Positions 17,691 to 27,317 of a stretch of DNA of 50,348 nt are shown here, in pieces. The translations under genes and the position numbers were made by a program. Origin of the DNA: a virus (lineage: Duplodnaviria; Caudoviricetes). The first letter of the stretch is position 1. The number at the start of each line of letters is the position of its first letter. The DNA lies in the IMG/VR virus record IMGVR_UViG_3300009537_000020, positions 1 to 50,348 of that record; one strand, written 5' to 3'. Below the pieces are notes generated by a model, which made no database searches, was not told the origin of the DNA, and was given only the letters and a program-made list of their open reading frames with translations.

Positions 17691-19057
17691 AATTCACACA
17701 CCTTTTCTTCTATACGTATTTTAGCTAAAAGATCATCCACATATTTTCTCATCACTTCTTGGGCCTTAAAGCCATTATCTATATGTTTAAGCTGTTGCTT
17801 AAACACCCCATAAGCCATCCCACGGCTTTCTGAATACTTAATTGCCATCTCGGTATGATATTTCCCTTGTTCTGGCCTATTAATTCCTAACCAATACGCC
17901 GCAAGGTTGGCGTGACATAGGAATGATTTCGGATCAAGAGTTAACCCATATTTTAATAATTTGTAACCATCATAAAATTTACCAATATGCAATTTACGTT
18001 CAGCAAGATTTACGTAATTACTTATACACTTTGGATAATTTTCTATGCCATTCTCATACAAAGTTTCAATATTCTTAAAAGCAGGAATATATTTATTCGT
18101 CCTGTAAATATATAAACCGACGACGACAACAAATAGTGGAAAGGCTACAGTCGAAGATAATAAGGAAGTCAACATCAGCGTCCAGCCGATCATAGGCAAA
18201 TAAAGATAACGCTCCGCAACAAATTGCCCCAACACTTTCCATTGGGTAAAAGGTAGAATGCCGGCCAAATAAATCATAACTCCCAAAGGAGATAAATAAA
18301 GCCCTGCCAGAGTGAACGCAACAGATATTAATACAGATTCCCAGAAATGACGGTTAAATGACTCCAAATCTTTTTTTACTTTAGGGTCTTTACCATATTC
18401 AAAACCAAACTCCTGGAAGAAAGCTAATCGTTTAGGAAATACCGTCATTCGTATGTAATATGCCAATACCTTAGGGACAACGGCCATCTTCCTCCAGGTG
18501 ATAGGGTCACCTTTTCCTATATTCCTTTTATTGAATCCAATACGAAATCTACGTCCAGTCAGGTACATAAATAAAGGCCAGAATAAAACTAACCCTGTTG
18601 TAGGTTGTGTAAACAAGAATATAAATGGAATGGCAATGCAGTTTATCGTCGAGCCTAACGCAGCAGTAAAGAAGATGGCTGCGATTAAAGCCCCGTACAA
18701 TCCAGGAATATTAACGAGAAAGAAATACGAGGTTAGCGTAAATAGCGCGGTTACCTGATAATACCCACCTGTTATCCAGGCGGTACAGGCTACGCAGATA
18801 GGATTAACACCAAAAAGTAGCGCGGCTTTCCAGCCCCATAAGAAATATATAATCGATACAATAACGCAATGAGTTAACGTAAGAAAAAAATGACGTGTCT
18901 TTTGAGGTTTTTTTGAATAGAATTCCGGCGGTGGTGAGGTTTCCGGTATTTCATAAAGATACCCCCATCTCCTAACGATGTCATCAATAAGATAGCAATA
19001 ATCATTAGTACGCCAATATAAAATAATGACAAGTGTGATTATTAAAAATAATTCCAT
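17675..19057 (-). CDS. TMTC-like polytopic membrane glycosyltransferase (GT-C) with C-terminal TPRs
   Basis: DD after the first TM (YLIDD), LLFGVNP, multiple TM helices, AERYLYLPMIG signature, then TPR-like repeats (YVNLA...LTLDPKSFLCHANLAAY). Confidence 0.75.
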   Translation of the reverse strand: MELFLIITLVIILYWRTNDYCYLIDDIVRRWGYLYEIPETSPPPEFYSKKPQKTRHFFLTLTHCVIVSIIYFLWGWKAALLFGVNPICVACTAWITGGYYQVTALFTLTSYFFLVNIPGLYGALIAAIFFTAALGSTINCIAIPFIFLFTQPTTGLVLFWPLFMYLTGRRFRIGFNKRNIGKGDPITWRKMAVVPKVLAYYIRMTVFPKRLAFFQEFGFEYGKDPKVKKDLESFNRHFWESVLISVAFTLAGLYLSPLGVMIYLAGILPFTQWKVLGQFVAERYLYLPMIGWTLMLTSLLSSTVAFPLFVVVVGLYIYRTNKYIPAFKNIETLYENGIENYPKCISNYVNLAERKLHIGKFYDGYKLLKYGLTLDPKSFLCHANLAAYWLGINRPEQGKYHTEMAIKYSESRGMAYGVFKQQLKHIDNGFKAQEVMRKYVDDLLAKIRIEEKVCELCGTR

Positions 19058-19070
19058 ATTTTTATCCTTT

Positions 19071-19115
19071 TTTAATTAGGGGAGGGGAGGTAATGTTTTC
19101 CCTCCCCTAATTAAA
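19071..19115. promoter_or_regulatory. long intergenic hairpin (terminator/processing site)
   Basis: TTTAATTAGGGGAGGG...CCCTCCCCTAATTAAA inverted repeat between 19117..19566 and the TMTC-like gene; no U-tract on the minus strand. Confidence 0.55.
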
Positions 19116-19116
19116 T

Positions 19117-19566
19117 TTATGAAGTTCTTTTAATAACAACACCAATTGTCGAACTCCCTGCGGTCCCTTGTACCCCTCGAACAACTGTAATTCCTGAAGC
19201 CGTTGTTACAGCTACCGTAGTTGTCGTTAAAGCTTGTTGAGATCCGTTAAGAGTATTTGTATTATTTACTGAAGCAACAGCTACTGTGCCAGCAGATCCT
19301 ATACGTACTGTATAAGCTGCCGCAATTGCTGACGTTGCTCCTATTGTCACAAAAGTTTTTGTAATATTTCCTGCAAACGGAACAGCTAAATATGCTGTCT
19401 CAGCTGTTGAAGCAGACCCGAAAGTATATTGAAGCATCTGGGTTTGGCCAATAGCTGTACCGCCAACATACAAATTATTACAATCTAAATCACCAGCTCC
19501 TGAGTTGGAATTAGAAGCTGAAGCTGCTTGAACGGAAATACCATTTGGAAAATGCGTTAAAGGCAT
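19117..19566 (-). CDS. capsid-associated (decoration/head fibre) protein
   Basis: Starts THFPNG, Ala/Thr/Gly-rich, immediately after the major capsid gene. Confidence 0.6.
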   Translation of the reverse strand: MPLTHFPNGISVQAASASNSNSGAGDLDCNNLYVGGTAIGQTQMLQYTFGSASTAETAYLAVPFAGNITKTFVTIGATSAIAAAYTVRIGSAGTVAVASVNNTNTLNGSQQALTTTTVAVTTASGITVVRGVQGTAGSSTIGVVIKRTS

Positions 19567-19626
19567 TTTAACCTCCTTCTCTGCCGTCCAGATTTGCGCT
19601 GGACCTTAGCATCTTGTGACAGAATA

Positions 19627-19661
19627 ATAGTTATTGGGGGGACAATCCCCCCAATAACTAT
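19627..19661 (-). terminator. hairpin after major capsid gene
   Basis: Perfect 16-bp stem ATAGTTATTGGGGGGA-caa-TCCCCCCAATAACTAT, 13 nt past the capsid stop; weak U-tract. Confidence 0.65.
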
Positions 19662-19674
19662 CTTACTAAACAAT

Positions 19675-20562
19675 TTAAACCAGCTGGCCATAAAGATAGC
19701 GCCAATCATCCCAGACAATACCAATACGGTAATAACCCAAATAAATAGCGGTCATTGTATTGGAATCCTTATCTTGGAAGAATTGGACCGGTTCACGGTT
19801 CCACCAGATTTGATACTCTTTTTGCATTGAATAGTCAGACATAAACCAGTTATTGGTATCTGTAAGACGTTTCCAAACAATAAGTTTGTACTTTCCTTGG
19901 TGGAAGTTACCGTTATTTTCAGCTGTATCAACTTTCCCTTTGGTATTAATAATCTCCCAACCTGTTTGTTCCAATGCGATAGGAATAGTGATCGTATCGG
20001 GCTCGATTGAAATCAATTCACCGATATCATCCTTAAACCCATGCATTGCAATACGGGTTGTTTCGACGTTCGTTGCCGAAAGGGCAAGCGTACCTTCGTT
20101 TGATTGAGCGGCCGTGGTACCCACATTTGATCCGTGATCAGAAGCGCAAAGTTCCGCGCCATCCCCATCAGTAGGCTCAAACGTGAATGCCAGATTGTAA
20201 AGACTGGCGCCCGATTTTTCTCGTGATCGTGACGCAGAAACCGACATGTTCTTCGGATACCGCGACATTACACGTTGTTGATCGTCAGCAGCGAGTTTTC
20301 GCTGTATTTCGATCTTTGCTGCAAACTCTGTAAAGGTTGCTGTTTTATCGTAAGCCTGGGTAGGTGATACTTCGGCTACTTTTCCAGTAAACTCAACAAA
20401 GTCTGGTACCTGACCAACTGCGCCTGTTTTCTCGAACGCAGCTTCTGTCTTCAACACATTGAAGAGGTCAGGAACCATTCGCTTAATCTGCATGTATTGG
20501 TCTTGGTAGATCTTGCGGAAATCCTTCTCCAAAAGATCTGGCCAATTAGCGGCTAATTGCAT
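19675..20562 (-). CDS. major capsid protein (HK97 fold, Mu gpT-like group)
   Basis: 295 aa; DLLEKDFRKIY, DGAELCASDH, RLTDTNNWF and WDDWR motifs; AGGAGGT RBS; follows scaffold and decoration genes. Confidence 0.85.
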   Translation of the reverse strand: MQLAANWPDLLEKDFRKIYQDQYMQIKRMVPDLFNVLKTEAAFEKTGAVGQVPDFVEFTGKVAEVSPTQAYDKTATFTEFAAKIEIQRKLAADDQQRVMSRYPKNMSVSASRSREKSGASLYNLAFTFEPTDGDGAELCASDHGSNVGTTAAQSNEGTLALSATNVETTRIAMHGFKDDIGELISIEPDTITIPIALEQTGWEIINTKGKVDTAENNGNFHQGKYKLIVWKRLTDTNNWFMSDYSMQKEYQIWWNREPVQFFQDKDSNTMTAIYLGYYRIGIVWDDWRYLYGQLV

Positions 20563-20576
20563 GGTTACCCACCTCC

Positions 20577-21437
20577 TTATGCGATCGATTCATTGAACGC
20601 GTAGTGGTCGTATAAATAAACTTCCCCGAACAATTTGACACCAGTCAAAGCGTCCAGGCCGTCGTCCATCCAAGAACGAAGAGGGTGCATCGGTGCCGAA
20701 TCCCAGGAACCATATACATCGAACTGATATAAACCTTGAGCTAACTTCAGCCCAGCTCCTCCTTGTGAACGCAAATATCGGCCGTCAGAGCTAACAATAG
20801 AACGTATTAACCCTGGAGCATCCATTGCGACCAAAGAAGAATCAGTTGAGTTATTCATTGCTGTTAATAGCCCAACCAAACCTGTCTGGGTTGAAACAGA
20901 AATATAACGTAATGATCCTGAATATGTCGGTGTACCGGCACTGTTAGAGCTATGACTAAATAGCCACCCTCCAACTTGATCCTGATCAAAACTTGCAATC
21001 GTTACTGTTGATCCAACAGAAGCTGTGATGTTTTGGGTAATCGTATCACCAGCCGTTGCCGCTGCCTGAGTCGTGGAATACCACGCAAAGTACAGAGCAT
21101 CCGGGTTGATGATAGCAGGAAGCCAATCGTTCCCACCTACTGCTCCACGATCACATATCAGATCACTTTGAACGCGGAAGTCGGAGCCTTTTGTACTTAA
21201 GCCCCCACCTTGATCCACGTTAGCATAAGCGAATGATGCGCTAATCGCTAGAACACCCATTGCATTTTTTGCAGCAGCGGTCGTTGTAGCAACAGAAAGG
21301 GTAAACCCTCTGTTAGCTCCAGTTGCGCCGTTACAAACTACAGCTCCCTTTTTTAACCCGTTAACAGTTGTTGCGAGGTAAACAGGAATATTCGTCTCAA
21401 ATGGACAGTTACCGCTAACTAAACGCGATAAATCCAT
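20577..21437 (-). CDS. capsid cement/decoration-like protein
   Basis: Start moved to the ATG at 21437 (AAGGAGG RBS), giving 286 aa; lies between scaffold and capsid; beta-rich. Confidence 0.55.
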   Translation of the reverse strand: MDLSRLVSGNCPFETNIPVYLATTVNGLKKGAVVCNGATGANRGFTLSVATTTAAAKNAMGVLAISASFAYANVDQGGGLSTKGSDFRVQSDLICDRGAVGGNDWLPAIINPDALYFAWYSTTQAAATAGDTITQNITASVGSTVTIASFDQDQVGGWLFSHSSNSAGTPTYSGSLRYISVSTQTGLVGLLTAMNNSTDSSLVAMDAPGLIRSIVSSDGRYLRSQGGAGLKLAQGLYQFDVYGSWDSAPMHPLRSWMDDGLDALTGVKLFGEVYLYDHYAFNESIA

Positions 21438-21447
21438 TGATTCCTCC

Positions 21448-22494
21448 TTATTTCTTTGAAAAGATGGGTGTACTGTTTTCTTCAACGATCCCAGTATTTT
21501 TCCCATCTCTTAACTGGCAGTATTCTTCTAGGCTTTTATAAACCCCACGCTCAACCGCCCTTGTCGCGTGTCCTTTTTCTTCATCAGAGCTGAATGACAC
21601 CTTTCCAGTTACTGGTGGTGTAACGCCTCCTGGCATTACTCCATGTTGATCTGGTGCAGGTGGTTGCCCTCCCGGTGGTTGTCCGCCAGGCACGGCGGCT
21701 TGAATCTGTTGCTTACCTTGATCTTGCAATCGTCGTTCCATTTCTGCCATCGCAAGTCTAGGCCCGTACTTTGCCCCATCATACCCTTGTGGGTCCTCTG
21801 TATAAACCTGAACGAAGAGTTTTCCTTTCTCTGATTCAAGATTAAGCATTGGTGCCCCGGTATTTGGGTCTAATTTTAAGATGGGTTTTCCGTTCCCATC
21901 TACTTTTATATTCCCTGATTCGTCAATATCTTGAACATACATATCAGGATGACGATCCCAAATAATCTTTGCGCTTTCTTTACGTGCTTTTGCAAACTCT
22001 GTTTGAGCAGCAGTCTGTCTTTGTTGAATATCTAAATCTCTTTGATTCTTGAAATGCCTCAAATCAGCGGCTAAATTTGGCTCTTCTATCCAAAGTTGAT
22101 CCCATTGATCCTTTGTTTGTGGCATATTTTCCCGTGAAAATGGCTTTGTACCATCAAAATTTTTAGGTATATCCGTAGGTGGGACTTTATACTTTTCCAA
22201 TTCAGCAGATAAATTCTGAGATTTTGCTTGCTCCTGGGCTAATTTCTCTTGAGCTTCACGCCCTTGCCTTACAACCTGATCCATTCTTGATTGAGTCAAA
22301 TTTATCCAGCGTTGAGGATTTTCCTTGGCCAAATTATCCCATTCTTCTTTATTTTTTGGGATTTGTTCCTGAATTGGCGGAGTGACTGGTGGAGTTTCAG
22401 GCGGAGTCGCTGGCGGGGTTGTTGGTTCTGGTATAATCTCCCCTCCGTTATCAATTGGATCTGGGTGTCTTAGGATTTTCATAAACGTTTTCAT
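21448..22494 (-). CDS. capsid scaffolding protein
   Basis: Pro-rich N-terminus, coiled coils, C-terminal ...SLEEY helix; lies between portal and capsid. Confidence 0.7.
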   Translation of the reverse strand: MKTFMKILRHPDPIDNGGEIIPEPTTPPATPPETPPVTPPIQEQIPKNKEEWDNLAKENPQRWINLTQSRMDQVVRQGREAQEKLAQEQAKSQNLSAELEKYKVPPTDIPKNFDGTKPFSRENMPQTKDQWDQLWIEEPNLAADLRHFKNQRDLDIQQRQTAAQTEFAKARKESAKIIWDRHPDMYVQDIDESGNIKVDGNGKPILKLDPNTGAPMLNLESEKGKLFVQVYTEDPQGYDGAKYGPRLAMAEMERRLQDQGKQQIQAAVPGGQPPGGQPPAPDQHGVMPGGVTPPVTGKVSFSSDEEKGHATRAVERGVYKSLEEYCQLRDGKNTGIVEENSTPIFSKK

Positions 22495-22551
22495 TCTTTT
22501 TCTCCTTGTTTGTCTTACGCAGTTAAGGATATATATCCAGAACGGTAAGCC

Positions 22552-22812
22552 CTATTGTTTTGACATTGCCGCTTCTAAAACATCTTCCGGTGCTTTTAAG
22601 ATTAGCGGAAGAATGTCTATTTGCCCGGCAAATTTAGCAGATTCTATCTCATCCCCAGCGCGTGCTGCGCTCATTAATTTATCCGTAAGCTGGTCCTTCA
22701 GGCACTTGACCCCCTCCCTGTTGCTCGGTCCCAACAGGAGGCCCTTGATAATTTCCCATCCTGGGTGAATTAAGATTTCCTGTAGGTGCTGCATTTCCTT
22801 GTCCAACGGCAT
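22552..22812 (-). CDS. small protein downstream of portal
   Basis: 86 aa, HPGW...GQIDIL..IL..PE pattern common after podovirus portals; GGAGGT RBS inside the portal 3' end. Confidence 0.65.
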   Translation of the reverse strand: MPLDKEMQHLQEILIHPGWEIIKGLLLGPSNREGVKCLKDQLTDKLMSAARAGDEIESAKFAGQIDILPLILKAPEDVLEAAMSKQ

Positions 22813-24847
22813 TCTGACCTCCCTGTTGCCCCATTAGGGCTGATTCCTGTAATTTCATCTGATATTTTGATCGGTGTTCCAATAGATGCGATGTCATTTG
22901 AAATAGAGCTTGAGGCGTTAAATGTTTCGCCATTGTACGCTTAAACTCTGCATGTGAATTAATATGAGCTAAATGGTCATCATTATCATTTACTTCAACT
23001 TCACCTTCCTGGTACATCAGCATATTTTCATCCTCAATATCACCAGGACTCAATTCATAATCCGGCTTAGGGCCTATAATTTTTTCAGCATCTTTCTTGC
23101 CGAGAGAAAGAATATAATTCGCGCGTAATTCCCAGGCATAAGCCGGATTTTGATTAACATAAGGATCCTGAGCCAATGACTGGAAAAGAACCTGATTAAC
23201 TTGTGATTCAATTGCCTGATTCTGTGAAGAAAGGTCAATTGACATATAACAATCATATTCCCCGGCAATCATTTCCGGTGAAAGTCGAGTCCATTTCTGT
23301 TTTCCGTCTTTACCAAGTACCCTATTGGCTATTGCCGGATCCAGATTTTCCTCATAATCTTGTCGTGTTCCTGTAATTAGGTCAGAGAATATCTTTACAA
23401 CCCTTGCCGCAATCGGTGATATACGCTGATCACCCTGTGCAATAATGGCCAGTGTCCCGCGCGCGGTAGGCCTATTTGCCAGCTCTTTACCTAACATTGG
23501 ATCAGTTACGTTTGTAACCATCTGAATAAGCTGCATAACAAGCTGTTCTTCCTGGAATGAAATAGATAGCCTGCCTGCGTTATAATCCGGAAATACTACA
23601 TCTCGTGTTGGGTCATCTAATGGGATGCCGGTTGCCGGCCGTACAGATATCTTCTTAGGATCAAAACCGGATGCCGGCCTGTAAAAGAAGAACGGGGCAA
23701 TAACCATGTTGCCTGCATCTATGCGTTGATTATGAATGGCATCCATTTCATTATGAAGGTGATAAACGACTTCCGGGATGCCTTTCCCGATCATTGTGTT
23801 CGGCCGGCGTAAGAATGGACGTATAATCCAGGGGCGTTTACCTATTTTTGATACGCAATGTAATGGTTTACCGGCTGCATAAAGTTCTAAGTCGGGAAGT
23901 GTAATAAAAATACATTCCTCTCTCAAATCATCATCATTAATATCATATTTAATGTACGCCTCATAGAATTTGATAGGATAACTTTCCATCCGGTCTTTAT
24001 ACTCAGTTATCCCCAAGGCCATGTTTCGCGTATCTTCAATACCGCTTGGTTCAAATAGCTTGGTCAATTTCTCTTTCAGGAGATCTGTATCAAAATCAGG
24101 AAGGAGTAATCCTCTGGCTTTCAATTCAAGAACCATCGGATATGTAAAATACGCTTCTTCGATTATATAATCAGCTTCCCGCACATTTGGGGCATTAACC
24201 GGGAAATAAACCCGGTCAAGGTCTTTTGCCACCCATTTTGCGCGTTCACGTTTAACTTGTTCGTAAGTAATCTTATATTTTATTTCCCCGCGTCCATCCA
24301 CACTTTCCGGGACTGCCCTGGTCACATACGGATAATATTTTTCCCACATCCTTTTAACTTGCAGACCCCCTTCAACAACAAGGCGCCATACGTATTCATC
24401 AACTTTATCCTGTGTATCTTCCATGTCCTTTGTCAAAGCCCAATGCATCAGAACTTTATTATTTTCAGCAACAGTATCATCATGTTTTTCGCGTCCGATA
24501 AAATGCATCAAATCCGGGTTCCAGACCATAGGAAATATCTTTGAATGCATCATATCCGAAGCAATTGTCGTTATCATCGTTGAAATATTACTTGAACCTT
24601 CCCAAGGCCCGTTAGTTTCTTTTAAGCCTTCATAATTTTTTATGGCACGTTTCTTCATTTCGATCAATTCAACGCGTTGTTTCTTGCATTCTTCAACACA
24701 ATCATTAACGAATTTAACAATGTCCTTCTTTTTTGTTGAATCAAGCTGAAACATGTGACCGTAATTAATCTCTTTTTCTTCATCGATCAATTTTTCTGTT
24801 TTATCAGGAAAAAGTTCTTCAACTGCGGATAGTTTAAATTTAGCCAT
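22679..24847 (-). CDS. portal protein
   Basis: 722 aa after the terminase; GKGIPE..YHLHNEMDAIHNQRID, PTARG and C-terminal DDHLAHI..H motifs. Confidence 0.85.
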   Translation of the reverse strand: MAKFKLSAVEELFPDKTEKLIDEEKEINYGHMFQLDSTKKKDIVKFVNDCVEECKKQRVELIEMKKRAIKNYEGLKETNGPWEGSSNISTMITTIASDMMHSKIFPMVWNPDLMHFIGREKHDDTVAENNKVLMHWALTKDMEDTQDKVDEYVWRLVVEGGLQVKRMWEKYYPYVTRAVPESVDGRGEIKYKITYEQVKRERAKWVAKDLDRVYFPVNAPNVREADYIIEEAYFTYPMVLELKARGLLLPDFDTDLLKEKLTKLFEPSGIEDTRNMALGITEYKDRMESYPIKFYEAYIKYDINDDDLREECIFITLPDLELYAAGKPLHCVSKIGKRPWIIRPFLRRPNTMIGKGIPEVVYHLHNEMDAIHNQRIDAGNMVIAPFFFYRPASGFDPKKISVRPATGIPLDDPTRDVVFPDYNAGRLSISFQEEQLVMQLIQMVTNVTDPMLGKELANRPTARGTLAIIAQGDQRISPIAARVVKIFSDLITGTRQDYEENLDPAIANRVLGKDGKQKWTRLSPEMIAGEYDCYMSIDLSSQNQAIESQVNQVLFQSLAQDPYVNQNPAYAWELRANYILSLGKKDAEKIIGPKPDYELSPGDIEDENMLMYQEGEVEVNDNDDHLAHINSHAEFKRTMAKHLTPQALFQMTSHLLEHRSKYQMKLQESALMGQQGGQNAVGQGNAAPTGNLNSPRMGNYQGPPVGTEQQGGGQVPEGPAYG

Positions 24848-24872
24848 TATATATTCCTAGTTTACAGTTTAT

Positions 24873-25127
24873 CTAATCATCCTCTTCTTGGACAATACGC
24901 TGTAATGTTTGAAGTTCACCATTCCAGTTATTCAGGACATCATTATTTAAAATATTTGTCAACCAGCAAGATCTCATCCAATTTCCTTTACCGTAATGAA
25001 AACCGCAATCTTGAGTCCTATCTTTATCTTCATTCAATTGCCAGGCTGCCACAAAACTGCTGCATCGCTTATCAGCTTCTTTTATCAAATCATTAAAAGG
25101 AACTAATGAAAGATCTTTTTTAATCAT
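24873..25127 (-). CDS. hypothetical protein
   Basis: 84 aa, ATGA-coupled. Confidence 0.55.
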   Translation of the reverse strand: MIKKDLSLVPFNDLIKEADKRCSSFVAAWQLNEDKDRTQDCGFHYGKGNWMRSCWLTNILNNDVLNNWNGELQTLQRIVQEEDD

Positions 25128-25522
25128 TGCAAAGTCGGTATGGTCATAACCGGTTTATCCGGGTCATACATAAATGAACCACAGCTTGGGCACCCTCCGC
25201 CAACTGTTCTCGTATAATACTTATCCGGCGTTCCTGATACGCTTCCCGCGGCCGGAGTCTTAGAGTCACCGATTGAAGCTCCTGCTGTTTGCTGTGTGCT
25301 GAATTGGATCCCTAGCCCCGCAAATCTGCCATCATCGATCCTCACATCTCTTTCCCGGTCACAAATCCAGCCGCAAACGCGGCAACGTACAAGTCGGGCA
25401 CCTTCATTCGTTTTTGTTACGGCTGAACTTGTTCCCGGAGCGCGAGAGTATGAATGTTGAAATGGCTGTGAATTCTTAAAAACAGACTGCTGAGTATTCT
25501 TAGATTTCAGATTCTGGAACAT
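25124..25522 (-). CDS. zinc-ribbon protein
   Basis: CRVCG ... CPSCGS; the ATG at 25522 has a GGAG RBS. Confidence 0.6.
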   Translation of the reverse strand: MFQNLKSKNTQQSVFKNSQPFQHSYSRAPGTSSAVTKTNEGARLVRCRVCGWICDRERDVRIDDGRFAGLGIQFSTQQTAGASIGDSKTPAAGSVSGTPDKYYTRTVGGGCPSCGSFMYDPDKPVMTIPTLQ

Positions 25523-25673
25523 TTTAGTCTCCAAATCACCTTGGCCATTCAGAAGGAAACATGACAATAATCATTGTGATCCCAACCACGGCAAAGGTAC
25601 CTAACACAAATAAATGGTTATACTGATAAATAAAGTTAATTATATCAAACATAATATTATCAGTCCCCACAAA

Positions 25674-27317
25674 CTAATTATAGAAATTCCCATGCCCTTC
25701 AACTAAGACCGGCTTATACCGCTCAAAGTTAGAGAGGGCAAGGTATCTGCACAAACTAGGAAAATCGGTGTTCATATCTTTTGGTTTTTCTTTCGGATCG
25801 CGGTCATAGGTCGATTTAAAGTCATCCCAAACGTAATGTTCTATTTGGTAAATGAACTCCTTTAGATCGTTTGCCGCGCGAAACTTGGGGTGGTTAGCAA
25901 AGCTGATAGGTCGCGTTTGGTCAAATCGCAAAAGAGCGCCGAACTGTTTATGTCCTAATGCTATGTTATCATCCCCGAAAGTGAATCTCATGGGATGGAA
26001 AATTTCTTTGGCCGCTTTCTCAAACTCTTCACGGCATGTCATTCCTGTGTTACCATATTTCTTTGGTCCAAAATTCGGGTCTAATATCCTGACAAGTATG
26101 CGTTCTTTAGCAAAAGTCTCTGATTCCTTACAAAATCTAGCCACATCCTCCGGTAATGCGTCTGGCAACCAACCTTCCCGATATGCCCAATAATCACCGC
26201 CATCATCACAAGCGACCCATAAAAGGGCTTGAGGCTTCCGATCGTGCGGGTCCATAAGCATAACCCGCGGCCAATGTATCGGAGGTTCACCATTAACGAT
26301 AATTCCTTTTGACCGGTTCAAAGGCCACTCTTCAAATCTATCGAATGTGTGAACATCCCTGTCCCAGGACTTCCAGATGCGTCCGGCCAGATACCTGAAC
26401 TTGCCATGAGCACGCGTTTCACGCTCTTCCTCGGTCAATTTCATCTCAAATTTACGGATAGCACGTTCGGATAACCCGATTTTAACACCTGAAAGGGGAT
26501 TAATCCTCTCCAGGTTATGGCGCATATCGCAAATAACCGAGAAAACATTCGGATTTTTGGAGCTATAAATTTCGTCAAAGATCCAGGGTTCTTTAAGCGG
26601 TGTCAGTGTAAACCAGCATAAACCCTCATTATCGACCAAACCACGAACGGCCGCAATATACATAGGCCTTGGAGGCGGTTCATCGAAATGTATCCAGTCA
26701 CCATCCCAGCCTTCAGCCGAGAATGGGTCAGATTCATAGGTTAAAATATCAAAGTGCGAAACTTTCCCGGAAACATGTTTAATATACCAATCAACCTCAA
26801 CGCCAAGATTCCCTTTTTTCGGAGCGCAATAATAAGCATCCTGCGGCATCCACTTCTTAAGGTTCTTGATAATAACCGAAGCACCTTTTTTATAATCCTG
26901 GCAGAATATCCTTCCTTCAGTCGCTTCAGTAAACTTCCTGGCTTTCCACCAGTCGGGGTATCTACCGGTCGCGTGTATGATATCCTTTAAAACCCCCGCT
27001 GTGGTCTTACCCGATCGATTCGCCCCGAAATACGCTGTCGTTTCCGACAGGGCATTCATAAACTCAAACTGAGGGCAGCCCTTTATCGTTATCTTTTTGT
27101 TGTCGTATGTCAGAAAGCTTAGGATCGCGTTTTTGCAATTTTTTCCGTCGCAATTTAGTTGGTGAGGCCAGAAGAATTTCAGGGGGTTCTTCGCTATCCT
27201 GTTTTTCATCTCCTTCTGTAAACTCATCAACCGCCGAATTTCCTCGTTTGATAACGAGATTAGCTTTTCTGATAAGTTCGTCACGTTCTGCCTGGAGCTG
27301 TTCGTCAGTAAGCTCAC
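25674..27317 (-). CDS. terL: terminase large subunit
   Basis: Walker A GANRSGKT, Walker B WIHFDEPP, coupling motif TLTP, nuclease LMDPH; GTG start with AGGAG RBS. Confidence 0.92.
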   Translation of the reverse strand: MSLLTNSSRQNVTNLSEKLISLSNEEIRRLMSLQKEMKNRIAKNPLKFFWPHQLNCDGKNCKNAILSFLTYDNKKITIKGCPQFEFMNALSETTAYFGANRSGKTTAGVLKDIIHATGRYPDWWKARKFTEATEGRIFCQDYKKGASVIIKNLKKWMPQDAYYCAPKKGNLGVEVDWYIKHVSGKVSHFDILTYESDPFSAEGWDGDWIHFDEPPPRPMYIAAVRGLVDNEGLCWFTLTPLKEPWIFDEIYSSKNPNVFSVICDMRHNLERINPLSGVKIGLSERAIRKFEMKLTEEERETRAHGKFRYLAGRIWKSWDRDVHTFDRFEEWPLNRSKGIIVNGEPPIHWPRVMLMDPHDRKPQALLWVACDDGGDYWAYREGWLPDALPEDVARFCKESETFAKERILVRILDPNFGPKKYGNTGMTCREEFEKAAKEIFHPMRFTFGDDNIALGHKQFGALLRFDQTRPISFANHPKFRAANDLKEFIYQIEHYVWDDFKSTYDRDPKEKPKDMNTDFPSLCRYLALSNFERYKPVLVEGHGNFYN

